DNA of 63,210 bases, filler included, from Octopus bimaculoides (GCF_001194135.2; 4 parts of 4 records of this genome joined end to end with filler, not necessarily neighbours in it), one strand, 5' to 3'. Numbered from the whole stretch's first letter, positions 1 through 12,475 are shown. The notes: generated from the sequence alone by a model not told the origin. Numbers and translations are program-made.

Positions 1-49
<49 letters not shown>

Positions 50-104
50 ACATATATATATATACATATATATATATATGTACACACATACACACACATA
101 TACA

Positions 105-258
105 CAACAGGCTTCTTCCAGTTTTCGTATGCCAGATCCTCTCAGTATGCTTTGGTCGGGAATATAGTAAAAGACACTTACTAAAGGCGTCAAGAGACGG
201 AATTGAAACCGGAGCCATGTGCTTGGGAAGCAAACTTCTTACCACGCAGCTACGCATG
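105..258 (-). repeat. SINE family B first half
   Basis: Revcomp head and core, degenerate. Confidence 0.75.
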
Positions 259-596
259 GGCCTACGCAAACGATTGTACTTAGGCAAAGTTTTACGTTCA
301 GTCGTGAGTGGAGTGAACTCAGAAACTAGCAGTTACGGAACGGATTTCTGAACTAGTGGCACATCCCTCATCCATCTGGAAGTAATTATTCTGAAGTTAA
401 ACTTAAGATGTTTTGACATCTTATATTAAGTGGATAATCTTGTAAGATCTTGTAAGCTGTGAAAGGAGATAGGATGACAGCAACTTAGTTATGAATCTAT
501 AGCTAATGACATTACCTGAACCTATAACATATTTAGTTAATTTGTTAATGTCATAAATGCAGATTCTTTTGTCTTGCATTATAACTTCGTACAAAT

Positions 597-1440
597 AAGG
601 CGGCGCGCTAGCTCACATTTAGCGCGCTGGACGAAATGCTTAGCGGTATTTCGTCTGCCGCTACGTTCTGAGTTCGTATTCTGCCGAGGTCGAGTTTACT
701 TTTCATTCTTTCGGACTTTACTTTTCATCCTCCCCTCCCCCAAAATATGAGGCATTGTGCCACCAGTAGAAAGGATTATAATTTCGTTCAAAGGCGGCGG
801 CGAGCTGGCAGAATCGTTAGCTCGCCGGGCGAAATGCCTAACAGCATTTCGTCTGCCGTTACGTTCTGAGTTCAAATTCCGCCAAGGTCGACTTTGCCTT
901 TCATCCTTTTGGGGTTGATAAATTAAGTACCAGTTACGCACTGGGGTCGATGTAATCGACTCAATCCCTTTGTCTATCCTTGTTTGTCCCCTCTATGTTT
1001 AGCCCCTTGTGGGTAATGAAAAAATAAGAACGCTTAACGGTATTTCGTCTGCTACTACGTTCTGAGTTCGTATTCTCCCAAGGTCGACTTTGCCTTTCAC
1101 CCTTTCGGGGTCGATAAAATAAGTACAGTGAAACACTGGAGTCGATGTAATCGACTACTCTCCTCTCCCAAAATATGAGGCCTTGTGACTCCACCAGAAA
1201 GGATTATAATTTCGTTCAAAGAAGGCGGCGTGCTGGCAGAATTGTTAACACGTCGGGCAAAATGGTTAACAGCATTTCGTCCATCTTTGCGCTCAGGGTT
1301 CAAATTCGGCCGAGGTCGACTTTATTTGTCATCCTCTTGGGGGTCGATAAAATAAATACCAGTGGAATACTGAGGGTTGATGTAATCAACTTACTATCCA
1401 TTCTGAAAATTTCTGGCCTTGTACTAAAATGTGAAGCCAT
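597..1440 (+). repeat. Tandem cluster of four SINE family A units
   Basis: tRNA-like head GGCGGCGAGCTGGCAGAATCGTTAG (A box), B box GAGTTCAAATTCC, central GCCTTTCATCCTTTCGGGGTCGATAAATTAAGTACC. Units start at about 597, 792, 1031 (headless) and 1222. Confidence 0.9.
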
Positions 1441-1714
1441 TATAATACCGTTGACATAGATATAGCCATGTGGCTAAGAAATTTCTTTAGTAATCGCCGG
1501 GCTCTGGATTAGAACTCACTACGATTTTCAATATCTTCCATATCGGCAGAATTCTCCACTTTTTCACATTGTTTCCATTCACCTCTCAATCCATCTTCAC
1601 TTAGGCGAGAATTGTGGAGATAGAGTTCTACCTCTAGTGCTTCAGCTGATCGTGGGGCTACTCCTTAGGCACCTCCTTCGGGCGAAGTAGTATATGTACA
1701 CACACACATATTGC

Positions 1715-2104
1715 TATTGTTGTTGGCACTCCGTCGCTTACGACGTCGAGGGTTCCAGTTGATCCGATCAACGGAACAGCCTGCTCGTGAAATTAACGTG
1801 CAAGTGGCTGAGCACTCCACAGACACGTGTACCCTTAACGTAGTTCTCTGGGATATTCAGCGTGACACAGAGTGTGACAAGGCTGACCCTTTGAATTACA
1901 GGCACAACAGAAACAGGAAGTAAGAGTGAGAGAAAGTTGTGGTGGAAGAGTACAGCAGGGTTCGCCACCATCCCCTGCCGGAGCCTCGTGGAGCTTTGGA
2001 TGTTTTTCGCTCAATAAACACTCACAACGCCCGGTCTGGGATTCGAAACCGCGATCCTATGACCGCGAGTCCGCTGCCCTAATCACTGGGTCAATGCGCC
2101 TCCA
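1715..2104 (-). repeat. SINE family C, full length
   Basis: Head TGGAGGCGCA.TG.CCCAGTG.TTAGGGCAGCGG (A box) and GGTTTCGAATCCC (B box), (AAC)n-like tail. Near-identical to the copies at 4246 and 17835. Confidence 0.92.
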
Positions 2105-2126
2105 TACACACACATATAAGTATATC

Positions 2127-2157
<31 letters not shown>

Positions 2158-2574
2158 GTAAATCTCTATTCTTGCCTTATTATCCCCAACGTGTCCCTCC
2201 TCACACGATCTATAGTTTTAGTCTCTTTTATTTTATGTATTCAATTAAAAAAAGCCACTGCTATTATTATCTCGATAACTTCAAGCGAATCGATTTAAAC
2301 AACTCGACACACACGGTTTGTTCTCTTGTTATTTTCTACTGAACTTCTCTTTCAAAACTATTCTAAGCAGCTTATTTAATTCACTTCTCTGATCGCTATG
2401 ATCACACAAATACACTTATTATCTTGCAAGCATGCGCATATATAGCGCGTATAATCACACGCGTATACTTATTAAATGTTTGAGTATGTAGTTATACACA
2501 CACAAAAAGACACACAATACAAATGTATATATATATATATATATATATATACAATATTTATTTATTCAAACAAA

Positions 2575-2693
2575 TCGAACCCAGGACTTATTCTTTGTAA
2601 GCCTACTACTTATTCTATTGGTCTCTGAGGCCGTACCGCTAGGATATGTTGACGTAAACACACCAGCATCGGTTGTCAAGCAAAGGTGAGGGT

Positions 2694-2743
<50 letters not shown>

Positions 2744-2958
2744 GATGCGACTGGCTTCTTTCAGTTTCCGTCGACCAAATCCACTCACATGTCTTTGGTC
2801 ATCCCGAGGCTATAGTAGAAGACACTTGCCCAAGGTGTCACACAGTGGCACCTTGAAATGTTTGCTGAAGAATACAACGCATCGCACGGTCCAGGAATCG
2901 AAACCACAATCTTACGATCATGAGTCCAACACCCTAACCACTAAACCATGCGTCTCCA
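2575..2958 (-). repeat. SINE family B (head replaced) joined to a family D head
   Basis: 2575-2850 is family B antisense with an expanded (CA)n. 2862-2958 matches the family D head at 6850-6951. Confidence 0.8.
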
Positions 2959-2988
2959 CTTGTTGGTCCATTGCGCACTGGATAAATA

Positions 2989-3247
2989 GAGGCTGTTCAA
3001 AACGTCTCTTCGCAGTAGATTTTTTTTTCATCCCGACTCTTCACGATTCAGACTCCCCAAGATATATTTCAAAACCTGTATAGAAGAGTCAACTTATGTA
3101 TTGAAAATGAAGGGCGACACTTTCAACTCCTCTTATAAAAGTTTTTAAAGTTTTGTAAAGTCTAGTATATTCTTTTGCAGTCTTATACGATCTTATATAT
3201 ATTTTGCAATAAAATACTTACTGCGGAGAGACTTTCTGAACACCCTG
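2989..3247 (+). mobile_element. Tc1/mariner-derived non-autonomous element (MITE-like)
   Basis: Imperfect TIRs of about 30 bp (GAGGCTGTTCAAAACGTCTCTTCGCAGTA vs revcomp CAGGGTGTTCAGAAAGTCTCTCCGCAGTA), flanked by TA. Interior retains a transposase C-terminus, FQNLYRRVNLCIENEGRHFQLLL*. Confidence 0.75.
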
Positions 3248-4245
3248 TATAACTTCTCCGTTTCAAGTCTTCATACATTTATAGAAGTCAAAATCACGTT
3301 ACCAGTGTTCTACAATCGCAAGATGAAGATTCCTAAATAAAATAAGTGGTCTCCGAGCAATCTACGGACTGTTTAGATCGGCAAACATTCCACTACTTCG
3401 ACTGTTTCTCAAAAACTAGAACGATCGATTCAAATACTGCGCAATTAAATTATTTTTCAGTATATATTTTGTCTGGATACGGATCGATATGACATGTAAA
3501 TGAAGTGCCCGATAATTGTATATATTGGGAAACTTGATAGTAGGTTTTTAAAAATTTATCGGAATATTTTCCCTTGTCATTAATCAAACGTTTATATTGT
3601 TCTTGTATAAAACATTTTCGGCAATTTCATGACCAGATTTGGCCAGCAAAACAGAAAATTTTCTGAGGAAGCTAGTTAGTATTAACATCGGCAAATATTC
3701 CAGTCATTCATCTGCTCTTTTGTTTTAAATTAGAAGTCTTCGTTAATGTTCGTAACTAGATTGTTTTTTTTTTCAAGACATTATGGTGTCAGGAGCCTAG
3801 ATACCTAAGAAAATGACGTGGAAACGAAGTGCTGGATAATCGGAACTGTTGGAAAAGTCGGTAGCGGGTTTATAAACCTTCATTATAACATTTTTGCTTG
3901 GAGTCTAAGATTTATACAAAACAAAATTCTGGTAAGAAATATTTTCTGCATTTCAAGAACAAAAATATCAGTAAGTAGAACAGGATGTTTCGATGAAACT
4001 AGTCGCTAATATCAGCAAATACTCCACTAAATGAACTGGCTTTCAAATTTAGAAACGTTGGTTCAAATGATATGCAGATTATTTTTCAGTACATATGTCG
4101 ATTCACACAAGAAGAGGCTGGATATCAAAGCAAATGACACGCAAACGAATTAACGGATAATCGGTTCTACTGGATAAACGGGTTACTAATATTGTATGGA
4201 ACTCAGAGTTCTGGTCTGAAATCTTTCCTAAAACTGCAAGACCAA

Positions 4246-4601
4246 TTGTTGTTGTTGAAACTCCGTCGCTTACGACGTCGAGGGTTCCAGTTGATCCGAT
4301 TAACGGAACAGCCTGCTCGTGAAATCAACGTGCAAGTAGCTGAGCACTCCACAGACACGTGTACCCTTAACGTAGTTCATGGGGATATTCAGCGTGACAC
4401 AGAGTGTGACAAGACTGGCCCTTTGAATTACAGGTACAAGAGAAACAGGAAGTAAGAGTGAGAGAAAGTTGTGGTGAAAGAGTACAGCAGGGTTCGCCAC
4501 CATCCACTGCCGGAGCCTCGTGGAGCTTTAGGTGTTTTCGCTCAATAAACACTCACAATGCCCGGTCTGGGAATCGAAACCGCGATCCTATGACCGCGAG
4601 T
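4246..4601 (-). repeat. SINE family C copy, head lost in a gap
   Basis: High identity to 1715-2104. Confidence 0.92.
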
Positions 4602-5291
4602 NNNNNNNNNNNNNNNNNNNNNNNNNNNNNNNNNNNNNNNNNNNNNNNNNNNNNNNNNNNNNNNNNNNNNNNNNNNNNNNNNNNNNNNNNNNNNNNNNNN
4701 NNNNNNNNNNNNNNNNNNNNNNNNNNNNNNNNNNNNNNNNNNNNNNNNNNNNNNNNNNNNNNNNNNNNNNNNNNNNNNNNNNNNNNNNNNNNNNNNNNNN
4801 NNNNNNNNNNNNNNNNNNNNNNNNNNNNNNNNNNNNNNNNNNNNNNNNNNNNNNNNNNNNNNNNNNNNNNNNNNNNNNNNNNNNNNNNNNNNNNNNNNNN
4901 NNNNNNNNNNNNNNNNNNNNNNNNNNNNNNNNNNNNNNNNNNNNNNNNNNNNNNNNNNNNNNNNNNNNNNNNNNNNNNNNNNNNNNNNNNNNNNNNNNNN
5001 NNNNNNNNNNNNNNNNNNNNNNNNNNNNNNNNNNNNNNNNNNNNNNNNNNNNNNNNNNNNNNNNNNNNNNNNNNNNNNNNNNNNNNNNNNNNNNNNNNNN
5101 NNNNNNNNNNNNNNNNNNNNNNNNNNNNNNNNNNNNNNNNNNNNNNNNNNNNNNNNNNNNNNNNNNNNNNNNNNNNNNNNNNNNNNNNNNNNNNNNNNNN
5201 NNNNNNNNNNNNNNNNNNNNNNNNNNNNNNNNNNNNNNNNNNNNNNNNNNNNNNATATATATGTATATCTATCTATCTATCCGCCTATCTT

Positions 5292-5322
<31 letters not shown>

Positions 5323-5359
5323 CATATATACATACAAATGTAGATATATATAGAGTGTG

Positions 5360-5400
<41 letters not shown>

Positions 5401-5522
5401 GACAAAGCGTCTTTGTTTCCTGGAGTATACGATAAAAAAGTCACAAAGATTAAAGCACAAAAAACAAAGCAAACTTGATACTGGTTTATAATGATATCAT
5501 GGATGATAAATTTTAATTTTAG

Positions 5523-5607
5523 CTGACCAGGAAGAATTAAAGCTATCTGTCAATTACGAAAGAGAACAACAGAGTCAAACGTACCATGCTTTCAGCAAAC
5601 GTATAAG
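5523..5607 (+). CDS. Candidate internal exon of an unidentified gene
   Basis: Acceptor ttttaattttAG, open reading (x)DQEELKLSVNYEREQQSQTYHAFSKRI, weak donor GTGCCT at 5608 (alternative GTATAA at 5601). No family recognised. Confidence 0.25.
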
Positions 5608-5756
5608 GTGCCTGTATTATCGCAAGCAGACACAGTCATCCTCTCGACTTACTCTGTTATATGGTCATACGAATCCAAATATTTATGTACTAACACAATA
5701 ATTTCTTTGACAGTATTGCACATTTAGAGTTAATACACACACACACACACACACAC

Positions 5757-5791
<35 letters not shown>

Positions 5792-6106
5792 NNNNNNNNN
5801 NNNNNNNNNNNNNNNNNNNNNNNNNNNNNNNNNNNNNNNNNNNNNNNNNNNNNNNNNNNNNNNNNNNNNNNNNNNNNNNNNNNNNNNNNNNNNNNNNNNN
5901 NNNNNNNNNNNNNNNNNNNNNNNNNNNNNNNNNNNNNNNNNNNNNNNNNNNNNNNNNNNNNNNNNNNNNNNNNNNNNNNNNNNNNNNNNNNNNNNNNNNN
6001 NNNNNNNNNNNNNNNNNNNNNNNNNNNNNNNNNNNNNNNNNNNNNNNNNNNNNNNNNNNNNNNNNNNNNNNNNNNNNNNNNNNNNNNNNNNNNNNNNNNN
6101 NNNNNN

Positions 6107-6148
<42 letters not shown>

Positions 6149-6263
6149 CGTTTTTTGTCGTGATGTATAGGGTGGTCCAAAAGACTTGTCAACCCCTATC
6201 GAAAAGTAATAAGAACAACAGAGGAACAGTATAACAATATCAAACACAAGCACTGGTTTTTAG

Positions 6264-6414
6264 TATATTCCCTTTCATTGACACGGACACGGTCACACAA
6301 CGAGAAGGACTGTGTGAACACCAACAGCTTCGTAAATTATCAGACAGGGCACGGCGACGCATCATTTTGTGCCACAAAAATGACGGTATTCCTAGAGACG
6401 TTCTCAATGTATGA
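6264..6414 (+). CDS. Candidate terminal exon of an unidentified gene
   Basis: Acceptor gtttttAG, open frame IFPFIDTDTVTQREGLCEHQQLRKLSDRARRRIILCHKNDGIPRDVLNV*, phase-compatible with 5523-5607. AATAAA at 6428-6433, 13 nt after the stop. No family recognised. Confidence 0.3.
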
Positions 6415-6489
6415 CAGTGCCTGTTTCAATAAAAGTGAATTTATCAAAAACAGTACATGTGTTTGATATTATTATATTGTCCCTCTACA

Positions 6490-6690
6490 GGGCGGCGAGG
6501 TGGCAGAATCCTTAGCGGTATTTCGCCTGCCGTTACGTTCTGAGTTCAAATTCCGCCGAGGTCGACTTTGCTTTACATCTTTTCGGAGTCAATAAATAAG
6601 TACCAGTTACGCTCTGGGATCGATGTAATCGACTTAGTCCCTCCCTTTGTCTATCCTCTCTGCGTTTAGCCACCTGTGGGCAGTAAAGAA
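6490..6690 (+). repeat. SINE family A copy
   Basis: Same head, B box, central motif and TTTAGCC..TGTGGG tail as the copy at 792-1030. Confidence 0.88.
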
Positions 6691-6699
6691 ATATATATT

Positions 6700-6951
6700 T
6701 TTATTTATTATTTATGCGCCCTTTTAAAGGCTAGCCAGGCTTATTGGGCCCGGTTTCCCGGTTTCAAGGGCGTATGCGTTCCCCAACCAGTCCATCGCAG
6801 CGTTTCTCATTTTTGCCAGCTGAGTGGACTGGAGCAACGTGAAATGAAGTGTTATGCTCAAGAACACAATGCGTCGCCCGGTCCAGGAATCGAAAGCACA
6901 ATCTTACGATCATGGTGCTGACACCCTAACCACTAAGCTACGTGCCTCCAC
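6700..6951 (-). repeat. SINE family D
   Basis: tRNA-like head (TAGTGGTTAGGGTGT...TTTCGATTCCTGGACCGGG), body CCAGTCCACTCAGCTG. Partial copy at 30786-30915. Confidence 0.8.
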
Positions 6952-7142
6952 TAAAGAAATGTATATATATATATATATATATATATTTTTTATCTCTCTA
7001 TAATAGTGGTAGTGGTGACAAGACTTTCGGATCACTCCATAGTTTTATTTATATCAGTTAAAAAATTATAGAATTGTTTTTTGAACACATCCATATCCGC
7101 TCCTCGTTGATCTCTGTCTGTCTGTCTCTCATATATATACAT

Positions 7143-7173
<31 letters not shown>

Positions 7174-7496
7174 GGAACAAATATGAAGGAGGGAATAAGT
7201 CTGTCAGTATGGTATGGAGGTTCATATTGAATAAATTGAATAAATTAGGTATCGTTGATTTAGCTGTAAGTATGCCGTGCTATCTTGGGGATGATTTTTT
7301 AAAAAAATGAAAAAAGAATAGAAAATTTAGATGAAAGAAGCTGTTATTTTCGAGCCGTGGAAAATTAATTTTCAGCATTCATTTCCAACATTCATTATTT
7401 TGTGTATCATATAGAGACATATGTGTGTGAGTGTGTGTGTGTGTGTGTGTGTAATTTACAATATAATGAAGCTTTTGAATGAATGTTGAGTATCAT

Positions 7497-7527
<31 letters not shown>

Positions 7528-7691
7528 TACACACACACATACATCTATAAAGCTTTCATCTATTATAATTACATCTATAATTTCTATTACAAATTATAAA
7601 TAGAAACTAACGCTTGATATCTGCGTGTGCGAGCATGTGTGTGTATATGCACACATATATCTGTATCTACATAGATTCCTCGGTCTTTCTA

Positions 7692-7742
<51 letters not shown>

Positions 7743-8160
7743 ACATATCATTATTATCTCTTTATAATTTGTAGACATTCACTCATTGAGTTTATTCCTG
7801 TGTACGTTGTACATAGTGATAAATTGTGCCTTTTACTTTGTACAGCATCGTCTCCCATCGAATGGTAGTAGAAAGGGTGCAAATATGGGGGGAACGTGTC
7901 CCCAAACTGGGAGTCCGAATCACAGTAGACTCCGCTGAAGGCACCCACGATTCCAAGACAACAGACTGGTTTCAAATTTTGGCAAAAGGCCATCAATTTC
8001 GGGAAAGCGAGTANNNNNNNNNNNNNNNNNNNNNNNNNNNNNNNNNNNNNNNNNNNNNNNNNNNNNNNNNNNNNNNNNNNNNNNNNNNNNNNNNNNNNNN
8101 NNNNNNNNNNNNNNNNNNNNNNNNNNNNNNNNNNNNNNNNNATAAGAATTTGAACACGGA

Positions 8161-8390
8161 AGGCAGCGAGCTGGCAGAAACGTTAGTACACCGGGCGAAA
8201 TGTTTAGAGGTATTTCGTCTGTCTTTACGTTCTGAGTTCAAATTCCACCGAAGTCGACTTTGCCTTTCATCCTTTCGAGGTCGATAAATATAGTAGCAGT
8301 TACGCACTGCAGTCGATGTAATCGACTTAATCCCTTTGTCTGTCTTTGTTTGTCCCCTCTATGTTTAGCCCCTTGTGGGCAATAAAGAAA
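8161..8390 (+). repeat. Full-length SINE family A copy with a 20-bp TSD
   Basis: ATAAGAATTTGAACACGGAA at 8142-8161 and 8390-8409. Inserted into an antisense family A copy that continues to about 8475. Confidence 0.9.
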
Positions 8391-8679
8391 TAAGAATTTG
8401 AACACGGAACGTAAAGACGGACGGAATAACGCGAAGCCTTCTTTCTTCGGCGTGCTAACGATTCTGCCACCCCGCTCTTGAGATCGGACGACATGTTAAG
8501 TCGACCATTCCTAGGGCCCATGGAGGGATTTCACTCTGAACGAAGAGAGCTAGGACAAATACTACAAGGCACACGATTCAACGATTTTACCGTTCCACCA
8601 ATCCACTGCCCTAGATTGATATATATTTTTATCGAACATGAAAGAACAAAAGACAGGATCGACTTCGGTAGGATTTGAA

Positions 8680-8870
8680 CTGAATCGTTAGCGCACTGGC
8701 CGTCCTGCTTAGCAGTATTTCGTCTGTCTTTACGTTCTGAGTTCAAATTCCGCCGAGGTCTCGACTTTGCCTTTTACCCTTTCGAGGTCGATAAATTAAG
8801 TACCAGTTGCGAACTGGGTTCGATCTCATCGACAGGCTCCCTCTCCCAAAATGTCGGGCCTTGTGCCTAG
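8680..8870 (+). repeat. SINE family A copy whose tail is split by the 429-bp insert
   Basis: AATCGTTAGC...GAGTTCAAATTCCGCCGAGG...GATAAATTAAGTACCAG. The tail resumes at 9300 (GAAGAAAAGAATA). Confidence 0.88.
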
Positions 8871-9299
8871 AGTTGTTGGCATCCTTTTGTCCCGGAAGAC
8901 AATGGAGTTGCGCATAAACTAATCCAGTCTGATTTTTACATTCCATGTCCTCTCCAGTTTCCTGTCCAGTTTTGCGCAGGCCTGGGCCAGATCTAAGAAA
9001 ATCCTGGGTAGGCCAGTCGTCAGGATTCCTCTCTCGACCTTGCTGACATAGTCCAAAGGAGTGCAGAAACATTACGTTTGGCACCAGCTTGGTTGCAGGA
9101 GCTGCCGGAAGAGTGTCCAGTCGAACACTAAACCGCTTACGGAGCTCCACGCCGGATTTCTTTGAAGGTTTTCTCCTTTCTGTAACCCTGGATAGGGGCC
9201 CATACCGGGTACTGTCAGCAGGAGCCAGCTGAACCCGGGACTTGTGTGTCAAGCAGGGTCGTCACTGCCTGAAGTAGTGAATAAAATCGCTACCCACTA
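8871..9299 (+). mobile_element. 429-bp retroposon insert, probably RTE 5'-region-derived, with a 12-bp TSD
   Basis: Flanked by the direct repeat CCTTGTGCCTAG (8859-8870 and 9300-9311) inside a SINE tail. Interior GAAGACAATGGAG...GTCCAAAGGA...TACGTTTGGCACCAGCTTGG.TGCAGGAG.TGCCGGAAG resembles RTE 5' regions (from memory). Confidence 0.6.
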
Positions 9300-9984
9300 C
9301 CTTGTGCCTAGGGAAGAAAAGAATATTCATAACCGTAGATGAGGATAGCAACTTGTATTCGTAAAGTGAATAGAAAAGTAAGCACGAGCAACGTTATAAT
9401 AGACTAAAACCTTCAAAGTCTATACTCCAGCTTGGCCACAATCCAACAACGGAAACTGATAGAAGAATATATGAATATAAGAATTTTAAAAAAAGGGTGA
9501 GAATGAAAATATTTAGAGAAAAATCGAAAATTTAACAATGTATCTTAGATAGCTATTAAATTGAGAAAGACCATTGGAGAGAAGATTATAATTATTCGGA
9601 TTATTAACCCCGCTTTATGAGGTTAATAGTGTTTGTAAAAAAATGATTAAGAAACATTTGGTTATTGTTTTTTTTTTCTTCTTTTGTTTTTTGTTGTTGT
9701 TGCTTTTATAATATTTGCATCTATACTATACTTCGATCAGTTTGATCTCTGATGAATATCGACGAAATGTATACACGTACGAATAGAATATTTACATACG
9801 CACATACATACATACATGTACATCGCTGAAAGACAAACACATTTTACACACATATCTATATCTGACTTTGTAGATAAAGAGATAGTTAGATAAATAGATA
9901 TGTTGCTAGATACATACATAAGTGGATAGAGTGCTACACACATACATACATAGATACTTACATACCTACCTACAAACACACATG

Positions 9985-10040
<56 letters not shown>

Positions 10041-10350
10041 NNNNNNNNNNNNNNNNNNNNNNNNNNNNNNNNNNNNNNNNNNNNNNNNNNNNNNNNNNNN
10101 NNNNNNNNNNNNNNNNNNNNNNNNNNNNNNNNNNNNNNNNNNNNNNNNNNNNNNNNNNNNNNNNNNNNNNNNNNNNNNNNNNNNNNNNNNNNNNNNNNNN
10201 NNNNNNNNNNNNNNNNNNNNNNNNNNNNNNNNNNNNNNNNNNNNNNNNNNNNNNNNNNNNNNNNNNNNNNNNNNNNNNNNNNNNNNNNNNNNNNNNNNNN
10301 NNNNNNNNNNNNNNNNNNNNNNNNNNNNNNNNNNNNNNNNNNNNNNNNNN

Positions 10351-10395
<45 letters not shown>

Positions 10396-10644
10396 GAAAG
10401 ATTCGTTGTTACAATTTTTAATTTGGTTCAAGCGACAAGGTCTACCTTCTAATATAGTATTTGATTCCTGATGTCAAGATAGAATTTTATATTCTTTTAC
10501 TTAAAACTTGACACCTTAAAATATCTTTAGAAGCAGATGATATCATTGAGCATTTCGCCCGGCGTGCAAAAAATTCTGCCAGCTCATCGCCTTAAAAAAA
10601 AAAAGAGGATATAATAAAAACGATGTAATAACAGCTGTGGACGA

Positions 10645-11010
10645 AAAGCGTGACTGTGTGATAAGAAGCTTATTTTCCGATCGCACGGTTCCAGGATCGC
10701 GTTCAGTCCCACTGCATGGCATTTTGAGCAAGAGTCTTCTACTACAGCCTCTGGCTGAACAAAGTCTTGTGAATGGATATGCGAAGCAGAAACTGAAAAA
10801 AACTCGTCGTGTATATATATATGGGTGTATGTGTGTGTGTGTGTATCTTTGTGTCTGTGTTTGTCACACAGAACCAGTTTTCAAGCGGAATTGGTGTGTT
10901 TATGTCCTCGTAACTTATTAGTTCGGTAAAAGAGTCAGATGGAATAAGTTCCAGGCTTAAAACTAGAGTACTAAGTTCGATTCTAATGACTGAAACAAGT
11001 AAAAGATAAA
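10645..11010 (+). repeat. Degenerate bipartite SINE family B copy
   Basis: Head, core, internal (TA)(TG) and tail GACTGAAACAAGTAAAAG. Confidence 0.8.
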
Positions 11011-11249
11011 AAATAAAAGATTACAGCTTAATCCAAAGTGAAAGAATTTAAGCAGAGTTTGCTTTCCAACCGCATTTCCATTTTTAATTGGAACTGCCTC
11101 GCTATTTTTAGACATTTATTCATAGAACTAAAAATGCAACAATTAATCATTTTGAGTTGTATAGAAATAATATTTGGCAAATTAAGCACGCGTATTGTAG
11201 AATCGGTGGATAATAAGTAAATGCTTAAAGAATGCAATAATCAATTCTT

Positions 11250-11391
11250 TGAATGCTTTACATACATACATGCATACATAGATACACACGTACATACAAA
11301 CGTATATAAGCACATACATATATTCATGTATATATGCATACATGCATGTATGCCTGCCTGCATACATACATATGTATGTATGTGCGTATAC

Positions 11392-11451
<60 letters not shown>

Positions 11452-11453
11452 AT

Positions 11454-11489
<36 letters not shown>

Positions 11490-11710
11490 GTGTGTGTATA
11501 TATATGTGTGTATATACATATATGCGTGTATATATATAAATATATATACATATACTTGAGCATATATACATACATATATGTGTGTGGGCATACATACACA
11601 TTGATGTGTACACACACACACACACACAGATATATATGTATGTATATGTATATACACATGCACGCATACAAGTTCACATACACATCACACACACAAACAC
11701 ACACACACAT
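11250..11710. repeat. Long compound (TA)/(CA)/(TG)/(TACA) microsatellite field
   Basis: Direct inspection. Similar fields at 12250-12680, 24580-24700, 27975-28170, 33960-34460 and beside most gaps. Confidence 0.95.
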
Positions 11711-12316
11711 GCGTACTATAGACGTCCCATCTAACAAAACCGTTTTCCCTTTCTTCTCTCACCTTACATGCCTCTTGAATCCTCCTCCTCCTCCTCTAAA
11801 CTCACTCTCTCATTCTCTTCATTCTCTTTGATCTCCCCCTCTCTATTCTAATTTCATTTCGCTCTCCTCCAATTTGCTCTTCATTTTCTCTTCTACGACT
11901 CCGAAGCTGCTTCCATCATAATTGACACACTTTTAACGATGTTTGCTGCATATAAAATATCTTTCAGTCGCATTTACTTAATTCCTTCTATCGTCTATTA
12001 TTGTTTTTATTATTTATTATTATTATTATTTTTACATTTTATTATCAGCTGAGAGCTAAAAATAATAGAAAATATCCAATAATACATTTTTCTTCTTCAT
12101 GCACATTTTGTCTGTTTTTTTTTTTCTTTTTCGTCAAAAGCAATTTGCAGAGAATGATTCTTTAAAATTTTACTTTCATTCCTCCGATCTCTCATTATTT
12201 CCTTGAATGAAGGATAATCTGACTGAAATAAATGATTCTTAGACTATGAGACTGTAGCTATATATATATATATATATAGACTCATACATAAATACATACA
12301 CTCATACATAAATACA

Positions 12317-12351
<35 letters not shown>

Positions 12352-12405
12352 TATATATAGGTATATATGCATATGAATGCACGTTTTAGTACTAGTATGC
12401 GTGTA

Positions 12406-12475
<70 letters not shown>

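Noticed and set aside
3800-4190. GGATAATCGG motifs resembling pogo/Tigger termini
   Set aside because: Only one plausible terminus, with no matching partner TIR.
8990-9100. Possible HDV-like or hammerhead ribozyme in the RTE-like insert (CTGACATAGTCCAAAGGA...GAAAC)
   Set aside because: I could not build a complete nested pseudoknot or a valid stem I, and the core is not CUGANGA. A covariance search would be needed.
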